Below, piece by piece: positions 27,676-37,528 of a stretch of 64,000 nt of DNA. The translations under genes were made by a program, and so were the position numbers. How positions within the stretch are numbered: position 1 is the first letter of the stretch; every line of letters starts with the position of its first letter. The stretch covers positions 5,258 to 69,257 of the forward strand of contig JAYEIC010000020.1 of assembly GCA_034659935.1 (NCBI GenBank), in the 5' to 3' direction. The notes beneath the pieces were generated by a model. The model had not been told where the DNA came from. It made no database searches and was given only the letters and a program-made list of their open reading frames with translations. The DNA comes from Methanobacteriota archaeon. GTDB lineage: Archaea > Halobacteriota > Methanomicrobia > Methanomicrobiales > Methanomicrobiaceae.

Positions 27676-28914
27676 TTACAGAAGAACTATTGAAAATGAC
27701 ATACAAATCACCGGCACCATCACCGCACCCATGCAGAAGACACGCCTGATGTTTACTATCTGTGGCACCAGACCAACACAGGTTGCAAGTGCAAGAATTG
27801 CCAGTCCAAAGGGGCCGCTGAGGATAAAAGTGAGAAGCACGATGAATACGACTACAATATAACTTAACTTCCTTATTTTCAGACCAGTGAAGAACCCGGC
27901 AAATCCTGCAAGCCTTATAGTCAGGAGATATGCCACAATCGAAGCCGCCACACCAGCAATCAGAAGGGTCGTCACATCAGGCAGTTCCATTGACCCCAGT
28001 GCCGCCATAACGCCGTTTCTCATCCTTGACAACGCATACAGGGCCGCAAGGCCCAGAAAAGCATTTGCGGTGTTGGCAGCGCTCGTAGCGATAATATAAC
28101 CATCCCTGTCCTGACCATAATCAATTCCAAAACTCAGGAGTGCATTCGCAGTGGCATTGGAAAGTCCGGGAAGCCACCCGACAACAGCACCCGCAATCGT
28201 CCCGCTGGCAGAATGCCGAATTAAAGAAGTGCGATCCACTGACAGACCTGAAAAGGTCTGCGTAGGCATCTCACCTTCAGATGACGTAATCAGCACAGAA
28301 ATTCCAAAAAGACCAGTCAGAAGCGGCATGAGAATTGAGGAGTCCCCAAGCGTATGCCACGCAAGAAAAGAATAATTAAATGTGAAAAGCCCCAGCAGAC
28401 CTGAAACACCGAATACCACAAATGCCCATTCCGGCGAATCAGAGTACACAATCAGCAGTCCTGCAACTATAATCAGCAAAATACCGATTCCCCAGTCAAT
28501 TAATGGCTGTATCATTGGCAACACCAGAAAAAAGAGCAGAAACAATGGCATGACCCACACCACTGCACAGGCACTGCCAATAGCCGAAACCCTGACCGCC
28601 TCCTCACCTTTTGCTTCCAGACATAGTGCATGTGCGGGAAGGACAGTAATCGCTGTATCTGCATCAGGCACCCCAAAAAATGTACTGGGGACGATATCAA
28701 GGAATGTATGCGTCACAAGTGCTGCAAAGAGCGATGCGCCCACTGCCACAGGACCCAGAGCTGTGAGGAGAAGACCCTGCATAGCAAGCAGCACACCTGC
28801 CATTGTATTTGCATGTATTCCGGGAATAAGCCCGCTCACTACACCAAGTGCCAGGCCTGCAAGAGTACCGGTCAGGATTGCGAACATTACCAGAGAGTTA
28901 TTCTCCTCACCCAA
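27676..28914 (-). CDS. Polytopic membrane protein, DUF112/TctA-like
   Basis: 412 aa and very hydrophobic. N-terminal GLIPGIHANT motif resembles TctA/DUF112 proteins. The TTG start at 28914 is uncertain; the alternative is an ATG at 28887. Confidence 0.55.
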   Translation of the reverse strand: MGEENNSLVMFAILTGTLAGLALGVVSGLIPGIHANTMAGVLLAMQGLLLTALGPVAVGASLFAALVTHTFLDIVPSTFFGVPDADTAITVLPAHALCLEAKGEEAVRVSAIGSACAVVWVMPLFLLFFLVLPMIQPLIDWGIGILLIIVAGLLIVYSDSPEWAFVVFGVSGLLGLFTFNYSFLAWHTLGDSSILMPLLTGLFGISVLITSSEGEMPTQTFSGLSVDRTSLIRHSASGTIAGAVVGWLPGLSNATANALLSFGIDYGQDRDGYIIATSAANTANAFLGLAALYALSRMRNGVMAALGSMELPDVTTLLIAGVAASIVAYLLTIRLAGFAGFFTGLKIRKLSYIVVVFIVLLTFILSGPFGLAILALATCVGLVPQIVNIRRVFCMGAVMVPVICMSFSIVLL

Positions 28915-28970
28915 TCAAAAAGCAACCGGAATAGATACAGGTTTATCTCCCTGAGGATATACTTCTGCCA

Positions 28971-29654
28971 ATGAAGATTGCAATCACCCGCCTCAGGGAA
29001 AAGGCAGGGAAGGACGCTGCCCTCTGCCGGAAGTACGGGCATGAGTGCTTCACCGTGTCACCTCTCGCTTCAGAGGTATATATCGATAATACACGCGAAT
29101 TTGTATCAAGGGTAAATGCAGGTGAATTTGACTGTCTGTTTTTTACGAGCGCACTTCCTGCACAGATCGTAGGCCCGCTCCTCGAGACGTGGCCGAGAGT
29201 TATTGCCATAGGTCCGCAGACCACACGCACCCTTCAGCAACTCGGAATTGAATGCGAAACCCTCCCTGCATTTTATTCACGGAATTTTGCCCCGTACCTC
29301 GGTGAATGGCTGAAAGGAAAGAATGTTGGCATACCACGTGCAGACGTCCCAAACCCTGCGCTTCTGGATTCAATACGGTCAGAAGGAGGCATCCCACATG
29401 AGACAGCGGTGTATGCTCTTATCGCCACAAACGAGGAACTCCGGACAGAAGATGCAGATGCAATTATATTTACGAGTGGAAATTCATTCTCACTGGCAGT
29501 GTGGGACAGTGAACAGGATCTAATAGTTGTTGCAATAGGTGATATTACAGCAGAGCGAATACTAAAGGCAGGTATCACCCCTGCAGTTGTGGGTGACGGT
29601 TCACTCGAAGGAACATTAAGAGCACTGAACATGCACCTGGAGAATCAGGCATAA
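28971..29654 (+). CDS. hemD: Uroporphyrinogen-III synthase
   Basis: 227 aa. HemD-like two-lobed pattern (KIAITR..., LFFTSALPAQ, IIFTSGNS). Confidence 0.75.
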   Translation: MKIAITRLREKAGKDAALCRKYGHECFTVSPLASEVYIDNTREFVSRVNAGEFDCLFFTSALPAQIVGPLLETWPRVIAIGPQTTRTLQQLGIECETLPAFYSRNFAPYLGEWLKGKNVGIPRADVPNPALLDSIRSEGGIPHETAVYALIATNEELRTEDADAIIFTSGNSFSLAVWDSEQDLIVVAIGDITAERILKAGITPAVVGDGSLEGTLRALNMHLENQA

Positions 29655-30560
29655 ATGAAAGAAAATATTTTAGAAAAACTAAAAACAGGCGTTATTATAA
29701 TTGACAAACCACAGGGACCGTCCAGCCATCAGGTCTCTGCATGGGCAGGTAAGATGCTCCATATCCAGGCAGGCCATGGCGGCACACTTGACCCCATGGT
29801 AAGCGGAGTCCTTGCAATAATGCTGGGCAGAACTGTAAAACTCGCCCCGCTGGTGCTAAAGCATGACAAAGAGTATGTGGCCCTGATGAGACTCCACGGG
29901 GATGTAAAACGCGAGGATCTTGACAGGATAGCTAAAGAGTTCACAGGAAAATTATACCAGAGGCCGCCAAGGCAGAGTGCAGTCAAAAGGGCGCTCAGGA
30001 TCAGGACTGTGTACAGTATCGAGATACTTGATGTGGACAAACGTCTGGTTCTCATAAAAGTCGCATGTGAAGCCGGGACATATATCAGGTCACTCTGCCA
30101 CCACATGGGGCTCGCACTTGGTGTCGGAGCCCATATGCAGGAACTCCGCCGCACACGTTCAGGTGCATTTGGCGAGGAGTCTCTATGTACCCTCCATGAA
30201 CTCAGAGATGCATGTCTCCTTGCAGATGAGGGAGATTATTCAGCCCTGTTACCACTAATTCACCCGATTGAGAAGATCACTGACATTCTTCCAAAGGTGG
30301 TCGTACGCGACAGTGCAGTTGATGCCCTCTGCCACGGGGCAGTCCTTGCAGGTGTAGGAGTTCTCAGCACCACATCATATAAGAGAGAAGAACAGGTCGC
30401 AGTACTTACAGAGAAAGGCGAACTAATCTGCACAGGAAGAGCGCTTAAATCATCAGAAGAATACAGACCCGGAGACTGCGGACTTGTCGTTGCCCCCATA
30501 GCAGTAATTATGAAACCCGGCACCTACAAAAAAGGCTGGCACACATCCGTACCTGCGTGA
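29655..30560 (+). CDS. cbf5: tRNA/rRNA pseudouridine synthase Cbf5 (TruB family with PUA domain)
   Basis: 301 aa. Catalytic motif GHGGTLDPMVSGVL. C-terminal PUA-like region. Its start directly abuts the hemD stop. Confidence 0.9.
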   Translation: MKENILEKLKTGVIIIDKPQGPSSHQVSAWAGKMLHIQAGHGGTLDPMVSGVLAIMLGRTVKLAPLVLKHDKEYVALMRLHGDVKREDLDRIAKEFTGKLYQRPPRQSAVKRALRIRTVYSIEILDVDKRLVLIKVACEAGTYIRSLCHHMGLALGVGAHMQELRRTRSGAFGEESLCTLHELRDACLLADEGDYSALLPLIHPIEKITDILPKVVVRDSAVDALCHGAVLAGVGVLSTTSYKREEQVAVLTEKGELICTGRALKSSEEYRPGDCGLVVAPIAVIMKPGTYKKGWHTSVPA

Positions 30561-30665
30561 AGAGATTCAGATCACCGGGATTTTACCCGGGACGATATTA
30601 TTTTTCAGTTTAAAAAGCATAGACTTAAAAAAATCCAGCCATAATAATAAAGAGCCATACACTGA

Positions 30666-30751
30666 GCTGAGGTAGTCTAGTCTGGTAGGGCGCGGGCCTG
30701 GAAAGCCCGTGGGGCGTTTGCCCCTCGGGAGTTCGAATCTCCCCCTCAGCG
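30666..30751 (+). tRNA. tRNA-Ser (anticodon GGA)
   Basis: Hand-folded. Acceptor GCTGAGG/CCTCAGC, anticodon stem CGGGC/GCCCG with loop CTGGAAA, long variable arm GGGGCGTTTGCCCC, T-arm GGGAG-TTCGAAT-CTCCC. No encoded CCA. Its 3' end overlaps the convergent rps24e stop by 6 nt. Confidence 0.9.
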
Positions 30752-30994
30752 TTCTGATTTTTTCATGGTTTCCTTATCAGAATATATTCTTGCGCTTCCG
30801 TTCGCCTTCTTTTTCCTTCTGACTGTCCTTAACTTACCAAGTGCAACAAGTTCTTCAGGAGTACCATAACAGACAGATATCTCATCAATAATCTCTTTTC
30901 TGGAAGGTATAGGCCCCTCAAAAGAGAGAGTGAAAGTTATCTCTTTTCTTGGTATATCAGGATTCTCTTCATATCTGTTAAACTCAATATCCAT
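30746..30994 (-). CDS. rps24e: 30S ribosomal protein S24e
   Basis: 82 aa. ENPDIPRKEITFTLSFEGPIPSRKEI...ARIYSDKETMKK matches the archaeal S24e pattern. Confidence 0.85.
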   Translation of the reverse strand: MDIEFNRYEENPDIPRKEITFTLSFEGPIPSRKEIIDEISVCYGTPEELVALGKLRTVRRKKKANGSARIYSDKETMKKSER

Positions 30995-31053
30995 AAAAAA
31001 ACCTCAGTATACTTCATTCATCACCTGACAAAGATAAGTGTTTCTTCAGGTGC

Positions 31054-31097
31054 TGAGCGGGCCTGTCAAACTAACAATTCCGGATATAAAACTAGCC
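31054..31097 (+). repeat. Solo end-fragment related to the left arm of the 11.7-kb MITE
   Basis: GAGCGGGCCTGTCAAACTAACAATTCCGGATATAAAACTAGCC versus GAGCCTGTCCAACCAACAATTCCCCATATAAAACTAACCC at 11681. I found no matching right arm nearby. Confidence 0.45.
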
Positions 31098-31161
31098 TAT
31101 GGTCAAAAATAGTCGTTTCCGGATAAACAAAATTTCAGACGAAACTGCCAGAAAAAAGAGA

Positions 31162-31749
31162 TTATATCAGTCTCTCTGCAGCTTCCCGGCCCATATTAAA
31201 TGCTGCAACATTGATATCCACAGTCTTTGGCGGAACAGACTCCTTTATCGCTTTTAGAAGAGAATCAACTGAAAGAGGCATAAAAACAGACGCGGAACCG
31301 AGCATCACAATATTCTGTGCAAGAGTGCTCCCTGCTTCAGAGGCAATCATCTCTGCATCAATAACATACAGATTCACATCATCAAGAGACTGTACCGTAT
31401 CCTCAGGAACCGGTACCTCCAGACCCTGCTGAAAGACAGACGTTGGCACGACAATGTTTTTGTTTGTCACAATTACACCACCATCTTTAAGGAAATGACG
31501 ATACCTGAGAGCTTCAAGCATATCAAAGGCAATTATCATATCAGCAGTCCCAGAACTGATCAGCGGACCATACTCCCCGCCAATGCGGATCTGGCTCTCA
31601 ACAGAACCACCACGCTGTGACATACCGTGAGTTTCAGCACCCCTGACTGACTTGCCTTCAGTCAGGCAGGCCTCACCAATCACATTTGATGCCAGAATTG
31701 TACCCTGTCCTCCCACACCCACGATGAGGAGATCATAACTTCCGTTCAT
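31162..31749 (-). CDS. iorB: Indolepyruvate:ferredoxin oxidoreductase subunit beta
   Basis: 195 aa. N-terminus LLIVGVGGQGTILASNVIGEA (gamma-type OFOR domain). ATGA-coupled to iorA. Confidence 0.85.
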   Translation of the reverse strand: MNGSYDLLIVGVGGQGTILASNVIGEACLTEGKSVRGAETHGMSQRGGSVESQIRIGGEYGPLISSGTADMIIAFDMLEALRYRHFLKDGGVIVTNKNIVVPTSVFQQGLEVPVPEDTVQSLDDVNLYVIDAEMIASEAGSTLAQNIVMLGSASVFMPLSVDSLLKAIKESVPPKTVDINVAAFNMGREAAERLI

Positions 31750-33515
31750 TCTCTTCCCTCCATTCTGATTGCACCCACAGGACAGATCTCTGCACAGACC
31801 CCGCAGCCACTGCAGAGTTCAGTAACAACCGCTTTTTCATCCCGAAACTCAATTGCAGGGCAGCCGTATTTCAGGCAGAGACCACATCCGGTGCAGCGCA
31901 GAGCGTCCACTTCAAAGTGTTTCCTCTTAATCTTAGCTCTCCTCTCAGAGATCACGCAGGCCTGCTTTGCAATGATGACAGAAACTCCCTTCTCTTCCTT
32001 CGCTGCCTTTAACGCATTCAGAGTGCCTGTCAGGTCATACGCGTGTACCACCTCAACAAAATTCACACCACAGGACCGACAGAGGGATTCCAGAGACACA
32101 GGAGGGGTTTTTACACCTGTAGCAGTCTCACCTGTATTCGGGTTTGGCTGGTGGCCGGTCATGGCGGTAATCCTGTTGTCAAGGATTACAACGGTCATAT
32201 TCGCTCCGTTGTACACGGCATTCAGGAGACCGGGAATCCCGGTATGCAGGAATGTTGAGTCCCCGATTGTACATATGACATCCCTCTCCTCACCCGAGTG
32301 CGCAATACCGCTTGCCACTGTGACAGAAGCACCCATACAGATTGTCGTATCAACACCGCCGAGCTGAATCCCAAGTGTATAGCATCCGATGTCACTCGGG
32401 AAGATGGCATCTTTAAAGACCCGTTTCATCGCATAAAATACAGCGCGGTGACCACATCCGGCACAAAGGATAGGAGACCTCGGCGGGATATCAGGAACAG
32501 GAGTTACCTGCGGATATTCTCTGGCTGGTGCAAACCCGGCTTTCTTCATCGCTAAAGCGACAGACGCAGGGTCAAGTTCCCCTTCATACGGTATACAGCC
32601 GTCTTTTTTGCCGTGCACCACAACATTGCCTGCGACCTGCCTGACAACCTCCTCAACCACAGGGGCAAGTTCCTCAACAACAAGCACCATTTCATGCTGA
32701 CGGACAAATTCACCCAGCCATTCCTCGTCAATCGGGTATCCGCCGATTTTTGCAAGTGAGACACCATCAGGGATTATCTCAGAGACATAAGATGCCGCAA
32801 TACCACTTGTAATAATCGCAGTCCTGCCGCGGACCTCACAGGTATTGTACCCTGCCTCAACAAGATATTCTGACAGTGACTTTTGCTTCTCATTTAATTT
32901 TTTGTGAAGAACTCTGGTATGCGCAGGGACGACCACATATTGCTGCGGGTTTCTTTCAAAGTGTCCTTCCCGGTGTTCTGTACCGACATCCCCAAGCTCA
33001 ACATCACTTTTTGAGTGGCAAATCCTCGTACTCGGTCTGAAGATTACAGGAAGAGAAAACTTCTCTGAGATTTCAAATGCATCCCGCATCATCCCGTGCG
33101 CTTCCTGCAGGGTTGCCGGGTCAAGGCAGGGAATCTTCGCAAAATGCGCATAGCACCTGCTGTCCTGCTCGTTCTGCGAACTGTGCGCGTACGGGTCATC
33201 AGCACTCAGTATGACAAAACCCCCGGACACCCCGGTGTATGCGCTTGTCATAAGCGGGTCAGCAGCAACATTCAGACCCACATGCTTCATTGTCACAAGC
33301 GAGCGCACTCCGGTCCATGCCGCTGCAAGGGCGTTTTCAAAGGCCACTTTTTCATTTACGGACCATTCAACATAAAAATCGCGCTCTTTCTGATGCCTGA
33401 GCCAGTCTATAACTTCAGAGGAAGGTGTACCGGGATAACCGCCTGCAAAATCAATATTCGCCTCAAGGCAGGCACGGGCAATCACCTCATTTCCAAGCAT
33501 ATATTGTGTAACCAT
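31746..33515 (-). CDS. iorA: Indolepyruvate:ferredoxin oxidoreductase subunit alpha
   Basis: 589 aa. TPP-binding GDSTFLHTG...NR motif. C-terminal 2x[4Fe-4S] ferredoxin motifs (CTGCGLCLKYGCP, CSGCGVCAEICP). Confidence 0.9.
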   Translation of the reverse strand: MVTQYMLGNEVIARACLEANIDFAGGYPGTPSSEVIDWLRHQKERDFYVEWSVNEKVAFENALAAAWTGVRSLVTMKHVGLNVAADPLMTSAYTGVSGGFVILSADDPYAHSSQNEQDSRCYAHFAKIPCLDPATLQEAHGMMRDAFEISEKFSLPVIFRPSTRICHSKSDVELGDVGTEHREGHFERNPQQYVVVPAHTRVLHKKLNEKQKSLSEYLVEAGYNTCEVRGRTAIITSGIAASYVSEIIPDGVSLAKIGGYPIDEEWLGEFVRQHEMVLVVEELAPVVEEVVRQVAGNVVVHGKKDGCIPYEGELDPASVALAMKKAGFAPAREYPQVTPVPDIPPRSPILCAGCGHRAVFYAMKRVFKDAIFPSDIGCYTLGIQLGGVDTTICMGASVTVASGIAHSGEERDVICTIGDSTFLHTGIPGLLNAVYNGANMTVVILDNRITAMTGHQPNPNTGETATGVKTPPVSLESLCRSCGVNFVEVVHAYDLTGTLNALKAAKEEKGVSVIIAKQACVISERRAKIKRKHFEVDALRCTGCGLCLKYGCPAIEFRDEKAVVTELCSGCGVCAEICPVGAIRMEGRE

Positions 33516-33823
33516 AGCAATCTGAGAGAATTATATGTCATAGGATTACTTTTAATATCTCTTATGATCAGCCAGGATCTCCGATATTACTGTTCATCAC
33601 ACCAACACCACAGGAGGATGGAGAAATCCCACTATCCCGCAGAGACAGCATTATAATCAGATAATCATAAATTGTCAGAGATACGTATTTCATGAAAACT
33701 TACATAATAACTTCACTTCAGGCAGATATCCTGCCACATTACTGAAACAGAGACACTGCCAATGCAAATACAAATCTATAAAGCCTCACAGAGACACCTT
33801 AGTAAGGCAGCACTAATTGATGG

Positions 33824-33896
33824 GGGCCCGTAGCATAGTCGGTGGTGCACCCGGCTGATAACCGGGAGGTCGTGCGTTCGAGTCGCACCGGGCCCA
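33824..33896 (+). tRNA. tRNA-Ile (anticodon GAU)
   Basis: Hand-folded. Acceptor GGGCCCG/CGGGCCC, anticodon stem CCCGG/CCGGG with loop CTGATAA, T-arm GTGCG-TTCGAGT-CGCAC, discriminator A. No encoded CCA. Confidence 0.9.
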
Positions 33897-33941
33897 CTAC
33901 ATTTTTGAAAATTATATATCATTTGCAGACAACTTTTATCT

Positions 33942-34412
33942 ATGGAAAATAATCAGAAGGCACTCATAATCGGGGGTGGCCTGATTACTGTTGCCCTTCT
34001 TTTTGCAAATATCTACATCGGAGGAGTTGTGGCAATTATTGTCGCCACCCTGTACATGGGTCTGGCAATGATGAACACCAGTGCTAAATTTCTGGATCAT
34101 CCCGACGTCAAAGGGTACCTCAAAAAGGATGCAAAGGGAGTTATTCTCAAAAATGAAGGGAAAGCAGATGCTAAAAGCATACACATCAGCATTGTGCCAC
34201 TCAACATTGAATTTGATGTACAGACACTCAAACCAGAAGAAAAATATGAATATGAACAGGATTCAATGATAGAAGAAGCCAAAATCCTAATTACTTATGA
34301 AAACGAGGCAGGAAAAACTTTTTCATGGGACAATGTAGTGTCTGCTCTTGCTGGCGAGGATGATGACGATCTATTAAAACCGGCATTTCCAATGTTTGCC
34401 TGGAAAGAGTAA
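33942..34412 (+). CDS. Hypothetical membrane-anchored protein
   Basis: 156 aa. Two N-terminal hydrophobic helices followed by a ~100-aa soluble acidic domain. I do not recognise a family. Confidence 0.4.
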   Translation: MENNQKALIIGGGLITVALLFANIYIGGVVAIIVATLYMGLAMMNTSAKFLDHPDVKGYLKKDAKGVILKNEGKADAKSIHISIVPLNIEFDVQTLKPEEKYEYEQDSMIEEAKILITYENEAGKTFSWDNVVSALAGEDDDDLLKPAFPMFAWKE

Positions 34413-34504
34413 TCCCCACATTTTAAAACGTGTATTAAGTAAAATTAAGAGAACATCGGGCGATCTTTTATGGAAATTTACATGACGCGTAAGCGTTCAG
34501 GCGC

Positions 34505-34712
34505 AGTTTTGATATAAATCAAAATCCAGACGATAGTGAGCCAGCACAATCTGACCCTAAATTAGGCTTGGCTGGAAGAAACATATGAGTTTTATCGCTT
34601 TTTTTGTGATGGGCCAAACCATCATGTACGTTTAGCATGAAAGTGGCAAATGCCACTTTCATCAAAACTGCGCGTGACACAACGTGAGTCAGGCATGTTT
34701 TCATGCTAATTT
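34505..34712 (-). repeat. ~200-nt interspersed repeat family B, copy 2 (inverted relative to copy 1)
   Basis: Its reverse complement aligns with 26238..26445. Near-palindrome ATGAAAGTGGCAAATGCCACTTTCAT at 34637-34662. Confidence 0.65.
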
Positions 34713-34790
34713 ATAAAAACAACTAAAGTTTTTTATCTCATGCCTGTTTAAAGAGATACCTGTAGAATTGTTAATATTCAGGAAAATATT

Positions 34791-35576
34791 ATGCCACCGG
34801 ATCTCTTTCCAAAATTCATAGGATTTGCATATGCATTTATTGTAGTATTCATTCTCGCATACCTATGGAATAAAAACTATATCTCAAGAAAAAAGGCAAT
34901 TCCAATATTAATCCTCTCAACGGCACTTGGATTTCTAATATTTGCACCAGTTGCACCACATAATTTCCAGAGTCTTATTTTAAGAGCTACGGCAGGAGTT
35001 GGCAGCCCGCTGCTTATCGCAACTGTTGGGATGTCAGCACTGCTTGCAATTAATCTGATATTCGGACGAATATTCTGCGGCCATATCTGCCCTGTCGGAA
35101 CTATACAGGAACTTACATATCTGATTCCCACACCTAAATTCGGACGAAAACTTAAAAGGGAAACAATAACATTTCGGGCAATAGTCTTTGTGATTATAAT
35201 AACAGCAGCATATTTTTACTCCTACGCAGTCGTGGATCTCTTCGGAATATATGAATTCTTCCACCTTACAGCAGGTATTTCCTTCATCGTATTCCTTCTG
35301 ATAATTATCGCATCCGCCTTTTTTTACAGACCATTCTGCCGCCTTATCTGCCCGTACGGTACATTACTTGCTATTCTTTCCGCATATAGCATACTGGGAA
35401 TCCAGAGAGGCAGCCAGTGTATAGATTGTGGAAAATGCGAAAAGGTCTGCCCGGTTGATGAAGCCAAAATAGGAGATCTGGGAGCAGAATGTTACATGTG
35501 CGGCAGATGCCTTGAAGTCTGCCCAAAACCAGGTGCTATCTGGTACGGCCGTCCGGAAAAGAAAGATGAAAAATGA
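34791..35576 (+). CDS. Membrane-bound polyferredoxin (NapH/MauN-like 4Fe-4S binding protein)
   Basis: 261 aa. TM helices with CGHICPVG and CRLICPYG motifs. C-terminal CIDCGKCEKVCP and CYMCGRCLEVCP clusters. Confidence 0.75.
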   Translation: MPPDLFPKFIGFAYAFIVVFILAYLWNKNYISRKKAIPILILSTALGFLIFAPVAPHNFQSLILRATAGVGSPLLIATVGMSALLAINLIFGRIFCGHICPVGTIQELTYLIPTPKFGRKLKRETITFRAIVFVIIITAAYFYSYAVVDLFGIYEFFHLTAGISFIVFLLIIIASAFFYRPFCRLICPYGTLLAILSAYSILGIQRGSQCIDCGKCEKVCPVDEAKIGDLGAECYMCGRCLEVCPKPGAIWYGRPEKKDEK

Positions 35577-35681
35577 ATAGTGAACAACAGAACTGAATCT
35601 TATATCTATATTTCAGATGTTGCAGCCGGCAAAAATTGCAAAATGAAGTTAAAAACCATACTTTTAGTAAAAAGACGAAAA

Positions 35682-36212
35682 TTATTTTTTCTCTTCAAAG
35701 ATAAATGAAAGTGTCATTTCCAGTGCATTGACCAGTTCAGTCTCATCCTGCAGATACTCACGCAATGCCCGGTACAGCATGAACATAATATCATACCCAT
35801 ATAAGTCAAGGACTTGCTCAGGAGTTAATTCCTGCTTATAAGAATCGATAATAAAGTCAGTTGTACTATACATCAGTTCATAGAACTTCCCTTCTTCAGA
35901 AAGAACGCAGTACTGGCTTGTAACTTTCTTATTCATATCATCAGGACGGTATTCCATCGGATCTACCTTCCCAAGAATTATCATCTTCTTATCATGGAAA
36001 ACGGTATCATACATCTCGCCCTTGCCATCCTGCTTCCCGCGGACCAGCATTTCCATGCCAATCTTAGGGATAAAAGGCGACACCTTCCCGGCCATCCCCG
36101 CAAGCAGAGCTCCCTGATTATCTCTCACATCCTTCGACAGTTTCCCTTCATTCTCATTTAAATCCTTTATTTTCTCAACAATCGCAGAGAAACCCTCTTC
36201 AATAACATCCAT
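35682..36212 (-). CDS. Hypothetical soluble protein
   Basis: 176-aa ORF with a clean ATG and no overlapping alternative. I do not recognise a family. Confidence 0.4.
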   Translation of the reverse strand: MDVIEEGFSAIVEKIKDLNENEGKLSKDVRDNQGALLAGMAGKVSPFIPKIGMEMLVRGKQDGKGEMYDTVFHDKKMIILGKVDPMEYRPDDMNKKVTSQYCVLSEEGKFYELMYSTTDFIIDSYKQELTPEQVLDLYGYDIMFMLYRALREYLQDETELVNALEMTLSFIFEEKK

Positions 36213-36605
36213 CTCTAATTCACCCTGGTTTCCTACACTATTATTTAACAGGTGATTTATAAGTATGGCATAAAATCACACAGTCTTTTTAACTCCGTGG
36301 CAGTCCACCTATCATAAAAACAGTGCCTGAAGTCTGTACTTCATGCACGTTTTTATACATATGAAGCACCATATCAGAGGTTGTAAGACACAAAATCAAA
36401 ATAACTCCGGATTGTTAAAACATATCTGAAAATATTATCAGACAGAATTATACCAGATTCTGCTGCAGCATTATCCAGTAGACCACCCACACGAAGAAAG
36501 AGACTTCCCGCACCTCCACATCCGGCCCCATAAAACAGATATTAATTCAGACAGGATGTAAATTCCCAACCAAAAAATTCCAGACAGATCTGAGGACAGA
36601 AAAAT

Positions 36606-37526
36606 ATGAAAATAAAATCAACACCATCCGCAATTACAATTACTGCAATCATTGCACCCATTGCACTCATTGGATTATGCGTACTCACTTCAGCCTGCAT
36701 CTCAGACACAGGAGGAACAGGAGGAACAGGAGACTCAGCAAATGCAAATACAACAGGCATACAACAGACAGAACAACTCCTCGTTGCAGTTTCAATTCTC
36801 CCGCAAAAAGAATTTGTACAATCAATTGGCGGAGAAAACGTGGATATAATTGTGCTCATCCCGCCAGGTGCCAGCCCTGCGACATATGCGCCCACAACCG
36901 GACAGATGATAGAAATCTCAAACGCCAGGGCTTATTTCAAAGTTGGTTCCCCACTGCCGTTTGAAGAGACATACCTGAATAAATTAATCTCTGCAAACCC
37001 GGAGATGGCCATAACAGACTGTTCAAAAGGCATTACCATAAAAAGGAATGACCCGCATATCTGGAACTCCCCTGCCAATGCAGTTATCATGTGCAGGAAT
37101 ATCGCAGACGGGCTTTCTGAGATCGACCCGGATAATGCCGGTGAATATAAACAGAACTTAAAAGAGTATATCACCAGACTGAACAAACTGGATAAAAACA
37201 TAAAAAATATCCTGAATAAAACAGAGAACAGAAAATTCATGATATTCCATCCAGCCTGGGGGTATTTTGCAGACGACTATGACCTTGAACAGATCCCTGT
37301 TGAAGTTGAAGGGAAAGAACCGGGCGCAAAACAGATGGCAGAATTAATCACTTTTGCAAAATCAGAAGATATCACCAGAATCTTTGCAAACCCGCAGATG
37401 AATTCGGAAAGTGCAAGAGTGATTGCAGAACAGACAGGAGGAGAAGTAGTCTATGCAGACCCGCTTGCACCTGACTACCATTCAAACCTCCTCAGTGTGG
37501 CAAAAAAAATTGCACAGGCGGAGTAA
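36606..37526 (+). CDS. Metal (Zn/Mn-type) ABC transporter substrate-binding protein, lipobox-like N-terminus
   Basis: 306 aa. Leader ending LTSAC followed by a Gly/Thr linker. ZnuA/TroA-like body (DPHIWNSP, FHPAWGYFA). Confidence 0.85.
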   Translation: MKIKSTPSAITITAIIAPIALIGLCVLTSACISDTGGTGGTGDSANANTTGIQQTEQLLVAVSILPQKEFVQSIGGENVDIIVLIPPGASPATYAPTTGQMIEISNARAYFKVGSPLPFEETYLNKLISANPEMAITDCSKGITIKRNDPHIWNSPANAVIMCRNIADGLSEIDPDNAGEYKQNLKEYITRLNKLDKNIKNILNKTENRKFMIFHPAWGYFADDYDLEQIPVEVEGKEPGAKQMAELITFAKSEDITRIFANPQMNSESARVIAEQTGGEVVYADPLAPDYHSNLLSVAKKIAQAE

Positions 37527-37528
37527 TC

